A stretch of DNA of 51,155 nt from Octopus bimaculoides (GCF_001194135.2 NC_068992.1:19487165-19538319); one strand, 5' to 3'. Shown: positions 1-12,607, counted from the first letter of the stretch. Made by a program: numbers and translations. The notes: generated by a model from the letters alone, not told the origin.

Positions 1-294
1 TATATTACAAATAAAAGGGTAAAGGATTATCAATTTATTAATGTATTAATAAATTAATAATTAATAATTTTTACCAAGCCCTTCGGTATGTAAACACCAT
101 TATCGGTGAAGAACTTATTTAAAAGTTCTTATACATTTATAAACATAATTAAGGGATGAGCAACAGTTGGTTCACCACATACCGAAGTTCAGAAATAGCA
201 CCTAAAGTACTGAAACTCCAACAGATAGCAATACTTGTAACTCACAAAGGCATATATATGCATATATATATATATATGTATGTANNNNNNNNNN

Positions 295-352
295 CTGTTC
301 CGTTGATCGGATCAACAGGAACCCTCGTCGTCGTAACCGACGGATTGCCAAC
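295..352 (+). mobile_element. 3' tail fragment of SINE family B
   Basis: ctgttccgttgatcggatcaacaggaaccctcgtcgtcgtaaccgacgga is the reverse complement of the tails at 13576-13630 and 39386-39440. It starts directly after a 10-N gap. Confidence 0.85.
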
Positions 353-763
353 TGTCAGTAACGTTATTACTAAGGTATCCACGAACCAAATGTCACCACA
401 AAATCGTCCTCACCCCAGCGTTTCTGCTGCACCCTCAGAAACCACAATCAACTACGAATATTGCGAAACAGCAGAAGATATAGATGGAAACGTATCTCTT
501 TGTAACAGCTGGATATATTGTGAAAATGAACAAATTTCTACCAATATCGAAACCGAATCTTTTTTATAAAACAAATGTGTTTGTGCTTCATGTTCCTAGA
601 CTCACCAATCTGAAAATAAACCAGGAGTAAAGGGATGAACATCGATCATAATCTGTTGAACCAATATCTACCTGGGGTTCATTACAAATAACAGCAAATT
701 TTGTTTGATTTGTATTTAATGTATTTAATTTTCGAAAGAAATCCATGCCTCACTCTCTCTCTC

Positions 764-849
764 ACTCCGTTTCTCTCTCCCTCCGTTTCTCTCTCCCTCC
801 GTTTCTCTCTCCCTCCGTTTCTCTCTCCCTCCGTTTCTCTCTCCCTCCG
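764..849. repeat. 16-bp minisatellite (CTCCGTTTCTCTCTCC)n running into a gap
   Basis: About five perfect tandem units are visible before the N-run at 850-1802. Confidence 0.95.
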
Positions 850-2897
850 NNNNNNNNNNNNNNNNNNNNNNNNNNNNNNNNNNNNNNNNNNNNNNNNNNN
901 NNNNNNNNNNNNNNNNNNNNNNNNNNNNNNNNNNNNNNNNNNNNNNNNNNNNNNNNNNNNNNNNNNNNNNNNNNNNNNNNNNNNNNNNNNNNNNNNNNNN
1001 NNNNNNNNNNNNNNNNNNNNNNNNNNNNNNNNNNNNNNNNNNNNNNNNNNNNNNNNNNNNNNNNNNNNNNNNNNNNNNNNNNNNNNNNNNNNNNNNNNNN
1101 NNNNNNNNNNNNNNNNNNNNNNNNNNNNNNNNNNNNNNNNNNNNNNNNNNNNNNNNNNNNNNNNNNNNNNNNNNNNNNNNNNNNNNNNNNNNNNNNNNNN
1201 NNNNNNNNNNNNNNNNNNNNNNNNNNNNNNNNNNNNNNNNNNNNNNNNNNNNNNNNNNNNNNNNNNNNNNNNNNNNNNNNNNNNNNNNNNNNNNNNNNNN
1301 NNNNNNNNNNNNNNNNNNNNNNNNNNNNNNNNNNNNNNNNNNNNNNNNNNNNNNNNNNNNNNNNNNNNNNNNNNNNNNNNNNNNNNNNNNNNNNNNNNNN
1401 NNNNNNNNNNNNNNNNNNNNNNNNNNNNNNNNNNNNNNNNNNNNNNNNNNNNNNNNNNNNNNNNNNNNNNNNNNNNNNNNNNNNNNNNNNNNNNNNNNNN
1501 NNNNNNNNNNNNNNNNNNNNNNNNNNNNNNNNNNNNNNNNNNNNNNNNNNNNNNNNNNNNNNNNNNNNNNNNNNNNNNNNNNNNNNNNNNNNNNNNNNNN
1601 NNNNNNNNNNNNNNNNNNNNNNNNNNNNNNNNNNNNNNNNNNNNNNNNNNNNNNNNNNNNNNNNNNNNNNNNNNNNNNNNNNNNNNNNNNNNNNNNNNNN
1701 NNNNNNNNNNNNNNNNNNNNNNNNNNNNNNNNNNNNNNNNNNNNNNNNNNNNNNNNNNNNNNNNNNNNNNNNNNNNNNNNNNNNNNNNNNNNNNNNNNNN
1801 NNATATATATATATATATATATATATATACGTATATATTCTCATATGCATTTTTAAAATACACGTGTGTTACAGCGATCATCTTTCTGCATATGAGAATG
1901 ATTTCGTGTTATTGAAACTAAGAGATAAATTAAGAAATGTGATGCACTACTATAAAGACTCCAATGCAAATACAAAATAAGTAATGTCATATATAAATAA
2001 ATAAATATGTATATATATAATGTGTGTGCGCGTGTGCGCGCGCGTGTATGTGTATGTGTGTGGATGTATCTATATCTATATCTATATCTACATCTCTCTC
2101 TCTCTGTCACTCTCTCTATGTATATATGTATACACACATATGTATATATAAGTTTAATTAATTCATTAATAATCTAAATAAATTATATAAAGAATACAAA
2201 ATTCCTCTCGCAAGGAGAATATCAATGGGTCGTTAGTGAAAAGAAATGCATTTTTAAAGCAATTACTCAAAAGAAAAATTAACATGGAATGAAGCGTAAA
2301 CTTTTCTGAAGTGAAACAGTAATAACTGAATGAAAGATGTGGCGGAACTGCAAAAGTAGGATAAGTAACAATAGCAGAATATTAACATGCAGTGAATGAC
2401 AGTAATTGTATGTCTTAAGTCGGTGACGTTTCTACGATTTACATTCCAAATTCGCTTATATTGTGTGGCGTTGAAACTGCTGAAAAGGAAATAATTTTTT
2501 GAAATCAGAATGGAAATAATATTTTTTTCTCTTTTGCGTTATTATTATTATTTCGCTAGCTTTATAGAAAAATTAATTTTGTAAAGAAATCAAAGTTAAA
2601 TAAATAAAGATTAGAAATGCGTAAGAAATTGGAATAAAGTATGTGAAATAAAGTAAACTTTTAAAGGACGTTTTAAATATGTGATTTTTTCTTTTTTTTT
2701 TTTTTTCAAATAAAATTTTGCCAAGTTTTCTAGAAGTAGATTAATTCAATATCATTCTTGAATTGATTAGCGATGCTAAGCAAAATATTATCCTCCTGGC
2801 CAGATGATAATTTAACTTCTGAGAAGGGCTAATGAGCTTCTGGCGTAATGTAAGGCACCGAAATTGAAGAAACTGTAATTATAGGAGAGGTAGAAAC

Positions 2898-2911
<14 letters not shown>

Positions 2912-2960
<49 letters not shown>
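2912..2960. repeat. (GA)n microsatellite
   Basis: Perfect dinucleotide run. Confidence 0.98.
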
Positions 2961-2964
<4 letters not shown>

Positions 2965-3620
2965 AACGTGAATAATTCTTTGCATGAATAGGTTTTATCA
3001 AACATAAATTCATCATGTCAAAATTCACCTGATCTTCTTAAACCTTCGAACCTCTGCTATTTTTGTGATTTATGAAATCTAAAACTGTATATGATCAGGT
3101 CAAATCAAACTTCACTTGGATCCAGCGGTTTTCCCTATTATTACATTTTAAGTTGGCTCATTAAAACAACATTTCTTCGTGGAGAATGGACAATATCTTA
3201 GGTACCTAACTATCATTTCCATGGAATTCGTGTGGAGAAACTCCCCAACCAACATGGAGAGTGATTTTCTTTATCGAAGTTTATATAAAAGCTAAAGAAT
3301 TTCCAAAAATATTACTCCACCTCCCAACATTTCAACAAAATTATCAATAGGATTTTATATAATTTTCCGACCAATATTCAGTTTGTTTGCTCTCTATATT
3401 TCTAGTTATAAAATTTTAAGAAACATTTATAAACATTTATTATTAGAACAAACGTATATTGCTTTCGAAGTTGTTCTTTTGGCTGATCAGTCACTATCTT
3501 TCCACTCTCTTCCAAAGGTTTTAATAAATTGTCATTCATGTTGCGGCTCCAGTTTATTTCTGTACTCTGAATTTAAAAGAATGCATCAAATATTGCAAGG
3601 CATTTTATATGGCTAGTTAC
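2965..3620 (-). mobile_element. Highly degraded non-LTR retrotransposon (L1-like) ORF2 remnant
   Basis: Minus-strand pieces LEESGKIVTDQPKE..FYN, LRYCPFS (cf. YRPISL) and FDKTY (cf. DFEKAYD), broken by many stops. The resemblance is weak. Confidence 0.3.
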
Positions 3621-6242
3621 TAACACTATGAAATAGTCACATATTCAACCACAGGCACGTACTGTAATATTCAAATATATATGTATGTGTGTGTATGTGT
3701 GAACATTACACATGCATCCTTATACTCATATATGTAGATTATCGAATTGTCTGACTTTCTGTTTCTTTATTTCCTTATGAAAGCTTGCATTTTTCACTCA
3801 ACGCTGTACTGTCGGAAAAAAATGAAAACTACTGTGCTGGAAAAATTGAAAATTATTGTGAATAAGCCTGAAAATATGCAAGGAAAAATGAGGCTGATTA
3901 GGTACAGCTAACCTAGATGCCTCACGGCTACTATGTACTAATTCAAAACACAGAGCTATAATATAATTTTTCATATGGGTCATAGACATATTCGCTACAT
4001 ATATCAAGGAGAACATCACCTATCTGAAATTCCCTAATCTTTGACAACAGAAAGTTATTCTCAAATTAATTCCATATGTTTTTTGAATATATTGCCGCCA
4101 CGTCTACGTTCATAACATTGCAAACTTATATCTGAAACAATTTCTTTCCTCTCAGAGTCAGAAAATATTTTTTGTTTTAGTGGCTAGATCCATATTAGAA
4201 AACTGAACCCACATAGCACCATTATACTTTCTAACCGATATTCTCTCACTCTGGGGGTTCTGCGTAAGTACGAAGAATTCAGCTCCCAAAAGAGCTCAAG
4301 ATGTTTACCATTTCTATCACACTAGATCCCATCTCTCTCCGCTTTGTTTCTTTGCCTAGCCCTTACATTATTTACTACGTGTACATGCTTGTCACTTGCT
4401 TGAAGTAAAACATCAAATCACTCATAGTGATTGGTTTGAAATGACCAACGAATGCCCCTCTTATTAATACAACAGAGAATGACATTATCATCAATAGTGA
4501 TTGGATACAGCAACATTTAACAAATCTGTTGTTGATTAGTTTTCATCAAAAATGCTCGTAGTCATTCGCATTTCAGCATTGACTGTCATGTATTCATAAT
4601 TACGTTATCTAATATCGCATTTCTCTTAATGAGTAAAGAAAATTAAGATGCTTTGAAGGATTTTTTAAAATTATTTCCAGGAAGAGGAACGATCATATAA
4701 AGGATACCGATTTAGTTATTGGGTATTGTAACTTTTCATGTGACTAATGAAGTTTAGTCTCTGCAACATGGTGGTTCCCAGATAATGTACATATATGACC
4801 AGTTTATATATAGATGGGAGATAACTTGTGTTTCTCCTCATCTATATATTATACATGTACAATGTTAAAAACCACATAAATATATTCAGCAGCAGGAAAA
4901 AGCTGTCTAGCAGCGGCAATGGTATTCTTAAGTATGTATGCTTGCTTCTTTTGTATTCATCAGTAGCAATAATCTACAAGCACCACGTGTTAATCAGAAA
5001 TCGGTCGCTAAATGATATAGTTAAAGTGTGACTGAAAGGCTTTCAACAATATATATGCTTCAAGTAAGATATAAGGATAAAAGCGTATATAATACAACGA
5101 ATACTGCTACTGTCGCGAAAGACGAATACCTACATATACACATTTGTGTGTGAGTGCGTGTGTATGCAGATGTGTGTGTATATGTATGCGCATATACACA
5201 TATTGTATAGGGTGAGAGAGAGAGAGAGAGAACGAAAGAAAAACAGAAATAAATAAATGAACAAAGAAAAATAATTATTTATGAGATAAGTGAGATTTAT
5301 AAAGATTTGAGGCTTTGTTAAGTTTCTTTTTCAAGGGTTTTCCAGAGGGTAACGACCCTTAGAATCAAACTTAGTTTCCAAAGTTTTAGAGAAAAAATAT
5401 CTTCCAGCAACCAAAGTGACTGCATCAAACGCTGAAAGTTTTTGAAATACTTAATCCCCACTTGAATTATATACATTATTCCTAACATCATTTGATGTTC
5501 GCGGAGATGTTGTTCCTAATTTTTCCTTAAGGAAGAATTCGAATCAACTCTGATTCCAAGTAGTTGAAGTGCTGTTAGAAATGTACTTTATGTCAGTTTA
5601 CTAATATATAACATATACGGAGAGATAAATAGTTAGATAGACAGATAGATACATACATAGATAGATATATAGNNNNNNNNNNNNNNNNNNNNNNNNNNNN
5701 NNNNNNNNNNNNNNNNNNNNNNNNNNNNNNNNNNNNNNNNNNNNNNNNNNNNNNNNNNNNATAGATAGATAGATAGATAGAATGATAGAATGATACGTAC
5801 ATGCATTCATACATACGAGCGCGCGCGCACATTTTTGCATGTATTTATATTCCATAATTGCTACAGAATGATAACGCTTTTGGCCATCTCTTAATCAATA
5901 TACTCTTTCGTATTTCCTTTATTTGGTAGAATTCCCACCCTTGCCTCATAGAGGATAATATCCTGAAACTTGAAAACTATAGGTAACCATTACTTGAAAT
6001 TTAACAAACTATGTTCATTAAAATATGAGTATGCGCATTATGTACTTTCGATTTTGATATCTTTTATTATGGTCATTTGCTACCTGTAGAAACAAATGGC
6101 TACTCTTTATAAGTGAATATAAGTTTGATCCATCGAAGGTCATGTATTTCTTCTTGAAATGCAGCCTGGTACCAGTCATAAATCTCTAATTAATTTGACC
6201 TCTCTAAAATGTAGTGCGTTTGAACACAATGTTGAATCTTAT

Positions 6243-6589
6243 TTATTATTATTATGACCCCCTTCGGCCATGACTGACCATGGGTTTGCACCTAGAAAGT
6301 TGCCCTCCCAGGCACATGTCCGGGCAAGGTTGTTTGCGGAAGGCCAGCAGTCGCCCATGCATACCAGCCTCCCCTCTCCACACCACCTGTTTTATCCAAG
6401 GGAAAGGCAAAAACCGATACAGCTTGGCACCTGTGACGTCGCAATTCATTTCTACAGCCGAGTGAACAGGAGCAACGTGAAATAAAGCGTCTTGCTCATG
6501 AACACAACACGCAGCCCGGTCCGGGATTCGAACTTACAACCTCACGATAGTAAGCTCGATGCCCTAACCACTGAGACATGCGCCTTCCC
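6243..6589 (-). mobile_element. Full-length tRNA-derived SINE, family D, with an 11-bp TSD
   Basis: tRNA-like head (on the minus strand catgtctcagtggttagggc...gttcgaatccc) and a (TAA)n tail. Homologous to 14348-14673. Perfect TSD ttgaatcttat at 6232-6242 and 6590-6600. Confidence 0.92.
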
Positions 6590-6849
6590 TTGAATCTTAT
6601 AATTTTCCATTATTTCATATTTCCTTTGTAGCTTTACCGACATTAATCCTTTTTTGTAAGATGGGTTATACAATTGATCTTCTTTATTGCATTACTGTTT
6701 GTGCTATGTTTTTATCAAATTGACAATATGACATATCTAAAAGAATTAAAATTGTAGAGATGTTACATATGAATTATATAAATTCAAACCCATTCTCTGA
6801 TACATGAACGTTTGGTTTATAAACGCTGTTCAATACGAAGCAAGGCAGT

Positions 6850-8450
6850 AACACAAACACTCTGTGGTCATGCTTGGAAGCTGTTACTTGGTCGCTGACC
6901 TTCCCAGAAATAGCTTTCAAAGTTACATGAAATCCCATCATTGTCTTTAAAATACATAACATTATAGGCAATAGGATTCTTGGATATACAAAAGGGACGA
7001 CTGTTTGCAGCTGAAACCCCATTGATCATTAATCACTTCGATTAGGGCTCAACCAGGGATAATCAGCAGCGAAACGTTTACAATCAAAGATAAATATCTT
7101 CACAAATATTGTTCTTTAAGAGGAACCTATTTTTCAGGTATACCACGTAGATTCATCGCTATTTGCATATACTATACAACCTCTGGTTCCCATTTAGGAA
7201 TACTGCATGTCTGAAGGATTATCTGTCAATATTTGGCTTTATCCCTCACAAAAACACTTAAAACTAAATGATTTAAGTCACTCAACTGAAATTGTATATC
7301 GCTGGATGAGTATATCTGATCGTCGGAAACATGGAGTTTCCCTCTACTAGAGATGACTACGAATGATGCACTCGGCATTCAATAAGCTAATCATATGACA
7401 GCTGGCGTCCTTTCTCCATGGAAAATGTTTCACAGTATTTCATCGCCAATACACACAACAACAGGATTATAATTGTAAATCATCTTGGTAATTGACATGG
7501 ACAAGGGAAAATGCTATCACTAATTCATATGATTGTAAAATTAGATAATCCTACTATTTTATGCACAAATGTACATATAAATGAAAATACTATACAAGCG
7601 TTATCAGAAATTAGTGTACAACAGAAAGTAAATCCAGAAATGTGACTGATTTCTCCCGAATAAAAGTAAGCACTTCCTGAAAATGTTCGCAGGTGGAGAA
7701 GGCACGCTTCATTATTATTCCTAGTGGGGTCTTTGAAATTTATGATTAAAGACTTTATATCAGATGGCCAGTTTTTGACTATTCCAACGAACTATATTAT
7801 TACTCTAATATGATTTTTGTATGGTGGCTGTCATTGCTATAGGGCTGTTCTTTAGGTGAGGTAGAATCTGATTAAATAGATCTATGAAAAAACACTCCAT
7901 GATTCAGAAAATTGTAATTGTAATCATTCTTCAGTGGAACTAATAGAATGTGACAGGACAACATTTAATATTTGGAGTGTGCCGAATAGGAGACAGGATA
8001 GATACAGAGCATCCCAAAAGGATAGGCAAACAGACAGACAGACGGGTAAATGAATGAATGAATGGATGGATGGATGGATGGATGGATGGATGGATGGATG
8101 AATGGATAGATGGATGGATGAATGGATGGATGGATGGATGCAAGTTGGATGGATGGCAGTAGAAAGACAAGTTGCCTTATTTTTTACAGTAATAAACCCT
8201 TCCCCAATATCTAACCTTTTTGATTATATGTGCACAATGCAGAAACATCAATGTTAATATCATTAGAATACAGAGAATTCTTATAGACATTAGGACATTT
8301 AAAAAGAACAGCAAATTCTTCATCAAATCACAGCTTGCTAATTTAAATAGAAAAGTGGACAATATCGTTTTAAATATATCCAATAAAAATGGTGGGAGAT
8401 TTAATAGTGGAATGCCTCGGATCATAAATCAGTTCATTCTGGATTGACAC
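6850..8450 (+). mobile_element. Degraded Helitron-like Rep/PIF1-helicase fossil, interrupted by (GGAT)n
   Basis: Plus-frame pieces in the expected order: LYNLWFPFRN (cf. LxLxxPWRN), GQGKMLSLI (Walker A-like), INENTIQAL (cf. INGxTIHS), ISDGQFLTI..LYGG and LYVHNAE. Many stops. Confidence 0.35.
8050..8155. repeat. (GGAT/GAAT)n microsatellite
   Basis: Tetranucleotide array seen directly. Confidence 0.95.
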
Positions 8451-8795
8451 AATGTCAACCAACAGAAGTAATGACACTAAAAACAGATAAATTTAATTAG
8501 TAGGTATAGCTTATGGAGATATACAAATACACTAACATTCAGGGAGTGTACTTAAAGTACTTGACTTCCTCTGAAATTTGAAAAATATATTATCTACATA
8601 GCAGAAAGTATAGACATTCAAGCAGGCTTCGTTACATCCTCCTTTGATAAGAGAAAGATAAATGAGAAGTTGTGACATCTATGACTTTCTAATAAGGATT
8701 AACATTTTATTTTAGCTGAAATTAAATGTTTTCTTACTTGGAATCGTTGACATCCGCATTCACTATAGAATGGTGTAACTTTAGGAAGAACAATA

Positions 8796-8812
8796 TTATT
8801 ATTATCATTGTA

Positions 8813-8881
<69 letters not shown>
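8796..8881. repeat. (ATT)n microsatellite
   Basis: Seen directly; it produces the poly-Ile ORFs. Confidence 0.97.
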
Positions 8882-8882
<1 letters not shown>

Positions 8883-9244
8883 TTGTATTAAATTTTCGTT
8901 GTTGTGGTTTTCTCTTTTTCTCACTGTTTGAACTAAACATCCTTGTTTCACAAGCGCAAACTAAGTGCCGTTGTTCGCAAAACCCTTTGTGATTAATGGC
9001 AAAATAAAGTCAATATCTTAATTGATTTTCGGTTGAGAGACTGAAAAATACGCACCTACATATATATATTTACGTGTGTTAGTGTATGCGATTGTGTACG
9101 CGGTGCGTTTGCTGCGGGCGTCTATACGAGCGCTCAAACAACATCGGTTTCCAATCATGAATAACTTGTGTATATGTTTATGTTGTATGTATGTATGTAT
9201 ATGTGTGTGTAAACATATTTATACACACACACAGACACACACAC

Positions 9245-9279
<35 letters not shown>

Positions 9280-10140
9280 NNNNNNNNNNNNNNNNNNNNN
9301 NNNNNNNNNNNNNNNNNNNNNNNNNNNNNNNNNNNNNNNNNNNNNNNNNNNNNNNNNNNNNNNNNNNNNNNNNNNNNNNNNNNNNNNNNNNNNNNNNNNN
9401 NNNNNNNNNNNNNNNNNNNNNNNNNNNNNNNNNNNNNNNNNNNNNNNNNNNNNNNNNNNNNNNNNNNNNNNNNNNNNNNNNNNNNNNNNNNNNNNNNNNN
9501 NNNNNNNNNNNNNNNNNNNNNNNNNNNNNNNNNNNNNNNNNNNNNNNNNNNNNNNNNNNNNNNNNNNNNNNNNNNNNNNNNNNNNNNNNNNNNNNNNNNN
9601 NNNNNNNNNNNNNNNNNNNNNNNNNNNNNNNNNNNNNNNNNNNNNNNNNNNNNNNTTTCCATATACTTGTGTCAAGTTGTGTCTTTCGGTGCTGCTGCGA
9701 TTGTGTATTCGTATGACTGTTGGCTGCGTGATATAATTCAGCTAATGACATTCCCTTTCCCTGGCTATACACATTTATAAACACACATGACTAAATAAGA
9801 GAATTACTTAAAATCATACGATTCTATATAGAAGTGTGAGTATGCCCGCGTGTGCGTGTGTGTGAGTGAGGGAGAGCGAGACAGTGAAAGAGAAAGAGAA
9901 GGAGAGTGAGGAAGGAAGATAAGCCATTGAGTATATTGACTTTTGATAGAATGTGATTACTACATGACTGCGTTATATTCTCTTTAAAGTTTAACAAATT
10001 GCACTAAATCAGTTCTGTAATTTATGTTTAAATTATTATATAATGGTAGGAGATTCGATACACCAAGTGCTGAATTTATATCCTCGTCCTCCTCTTCCGT
10101 TATCTATCTATCTAACTATCTCTCTATCTATCTCTCTATC

Positions 10141-10438
10141 GAACAGGTGTGGTCGCCGTTTGTGCGGCACGCTTTCCCGCAGCTCGTCTGCTTGGCTGAA
10201 CTGCAGTCGTGGATCAAACAGAGACCGAGGCTAGGTGAATGGCACCAAGAGTGTCGCGTTGCTTTCAAGCAACTCTGCCTTCCGGGACCAAATTTGTGCG
10301 ACTTCATTACAACAAAGGCGTTCTATAGCGGATTAGTGAAGGGGCGGTGCGACGACGTTCTCGGGCAGATCAGGAATTCGACGAGGAACACCTGACCCGC
10401 CTACTCAGAACAACTTTCGGGCCGGGACCTATGGACAT
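10141..10438 (+). mobile_element. GC-rich LINE fragment, probably L1/Tx1-clade ORF2 C-terminal region
   Basis: Sharp GC-rich island. It reads ..TTKAFYSGLVKGRCDDVLG, then after a frameshift DEEHLTRLLRTTFGPGPMD, and is cut by a SINE F copy. The clade call is from memory. Confidence 0.5.
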
Positions 10439-10444
10439 CGACCG

Positions 10445-10590
10445 CAGTGTACCACTGGTACTTAATTTATCAACCCCGAAAGAGTGAAAGGCAAAGTCGA
10501 CCACGGCGGAGTTTGAACTCAAAACCTAGCGGCAGACTAAATATTGCTAAGCACTTAGCCCACTGTGCTAACGATTCTGCCAGCTCACCC
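10445..10590 (-). mobile_element. SINE family F
   Basis: Minus strand reads ggtgagctggcagaatcgttagc...gagttcaaactccgcc...gggttgataaattaagtaccag. Homologous to 12160-12435. Confidence 0.85.
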
Positions 10591-10627
10591 CCTTAATAAT
10601 AATAATAACAACAACAGCAATAATAAT

Positions 10628-10840
10628 AATGGTTTCCAATTTTCGCACAAGGCCAGCGAGTTCAGGGGAGGGGATGAGTCGGTTACATCGAACACAGTTT
10701 TCAAATGGTATTTAATATAGCGACCCCAAAATGATGAAAGGGGAAGTCGACAACGGTAGCATTGTAACTCAGAACGTAAAGTCGGTTGAAATACTGCTAA
10801 GCATTTTATTGAGCGTGCTAACGGTTCTGCCAGCTCGCCT
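10628..10840 (-). mobile_element. SINE family F (diverged)
   Basis: Same head (ggcgagctggcagaaccgttagc) and 3' module. Separated from the previous copy by (TAA)n. Confidence 0.8.
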
Positions 10841-11165
10841 CCTGACAGAATAATAACATTTCCTTTAGTAACCACAAAGAGTTCACAAAAATATTAGGGA
10901 TGATACAGGACAATACAATGTGGGATTACATACAAGGCGTTTAAGAAGTCAAAGAACAGTAAGAATATAAAATTATAATTATGAATAATTCCTTTAGAAT
11001 ATGTAGACTTTCTGGTGCTCCTTGCGGAGATGCCACAAATCACGGTCACCTTGATGACCAGGGCAAGTGCCCTCACCACATCGTCCTCCTTCAATCTACA
11101 TGCCTATGATTAAAGTAGGCCCGTTCACTCGGACCGTTCTTCCAGCCTTCAACAACCTGTAACCC

Positions 11166-11450
11166 TAACTGGCAGACTCATTAGCATGCCGGTTTAAAAT
11201 GCTTAGCGGCATTTCGTCCGTATTTACGTTCTGATATCAAATATCGCCGAGTCCGATTTTGCACTTCATCTTTTCAGGGTCGATAAAATTCACTGTGGTG
11301 TATAATTGCATTTAATTGCAAATCTTTGAATTGTGGATAAAATCCCGCCGAGGTCAATGTTTCTAGTATGTACCAGTTGTTGATTCGATTCAATGTAATC
11401 GACTTACCCCTCGTACCCCTAAATGTCTGACCTTGTGGTAAAAAATGTGA
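11166..11450 (+). mobile_element. SINE family F with an internal ~75-bp insertion
   Basis: Head ctggcagactcattagc. The core gggtcgataaaatt is interrupted at about 11291-11366 before tagtatgtaccag. Confidence 0.75.
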
Positions 11451-11734
11451 GATTGCGGAACGTAATTATTGTAAAAGGTTTAGTCTAGCATTTTAGAATT
11501 GCTTCTACACATGCTCCATAATCTTCTGCTATATTACTGATAAATTCTAATGATAACGATAATTATCATAATGAGGTGGTTATGATTTGTACGCAGTACA
11601 TTTGAGCGTGCGTGCGTGTCTTTGTTTTGGTGTACAGGAATTAAAAACAACTGCACAACACCATAATTGATATGGTTACTAATGGAGGCAATTGGCTTCA
11701 ACTGTGATATGTATAACAGATATATAAAATCCAT

Positions 11735-11890
11735 GGCTTGATTAGTACTTAATTTTATCAATCCCCGTAAGGATGACTAGTAACATTGACCTCGGCGGGA
11801 TTTCTATCCACAATTTAAAGATTTTCAATTAAATGCAATTACATACCGCAAGGAATTTTATCGGTCAGTGTAACGATTTTGCTAATATCT
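11735..11890 (-). mobile_element. SINE family F variant
   Basis: Minus strand reads gcaaaatcgttacac...aaatcccgccgaggtcaatg...gattgataaaattaagtact. Confidence 0.7.
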
Positions 11891-12104
11891 CAGTCAATAT
11901 GGTAACGATAATTATATATTGATTTCTTTTTTTGGTGCAATATTAGAAATGTGAAAAAGATAAAAGAATTTGATTTTACTCGCTGTATATTTTAATCACC
12001 CAAGAAAGTTGTATTCATCGGGATTTGAACTAAAATTACAATGGAAAGTAATTTAAACTGTGTTATATTTTGTCTGACGCACCATCGATCAGGATTTTAA
12101 AAAT

Positions 12105-12550
12105 AATACTAATCCTTTCTAATGTTCTACTTCAGATCATCAATTTTGAGGGGCGGGGAGGCGACGAGCTGGCAGAAACGTTAGCATGTCGGGCGTAGCC
12201 CCTGTGTGTATCCCCTTGTGGGCAGTAAAGAAATAATAAACGTTAGCATGTCGGTCGAAATGCTTAACGGTATTTCATCTGCCGCTACGTTCTGAGTTCA
12301 AATTCCGCCGAAGTCGACTTTGCATTTCATTGTTTCGAGATCGATAAATTAAGTACTAGTTGCATACTAGAGTCGACCTAATCGACTGCCTCCCCCTTCC
12401 CAAATATTTCGGGTCTTGTGCCTAAAGTAAAAAAGAATTTTGAGGGGCGGGGAAGTCGATTACTTCGTTCTCCTGTGCTCAAATTGTATTTACTTTATTG
12501 AGCCGGAAAGGGCGAAAGGCAACATCGTTTCGGCAATATTTGAAATCAGG
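12105..12550 (-). mobile_element. Older SINE F (minus strand) split by a nested insertion
   Basis: The parts 12105-12159 and 12436-12550 join into a continuous F 3' region. Confidence 0.7.
12160..12435 (+). mobile_element. Younger SINE F nested in an older F, with an 18-bp TSD
   Basis: Perfect direct repeat aattttgaggggcgggga at 12142-12159 and 12436-12453. The F head starts exactly at 12160. Confidence 0.9.
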
Positions 12551-12607
12551 CATAAAACCGGAAGAAATGCCGCTAAGATGAGAGTAATATCATTTGTACT
12601 ACTCTCA

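Noticed and set aside
602-747. 52-codon minus-strand ORF (MDFFRKLN..) and an AG|ATTG|GTGAGT 4-nt microexon pattern near 615-618
   Set aside because: No homolog is recognised, a 4-nt exon is improbable, and such patterns arise by chance.
4181-4264. ttttag...GTAAGT exon-like segment
   Set aside because: All three frames from the first AG contain stops. It could only be non-coding, and nothing else supports it.
10024-10395. 123-aa ORF as a host gene
   Set aside because: It joins a (TCTA)n tract to a LINE fragment that continues in another frame.
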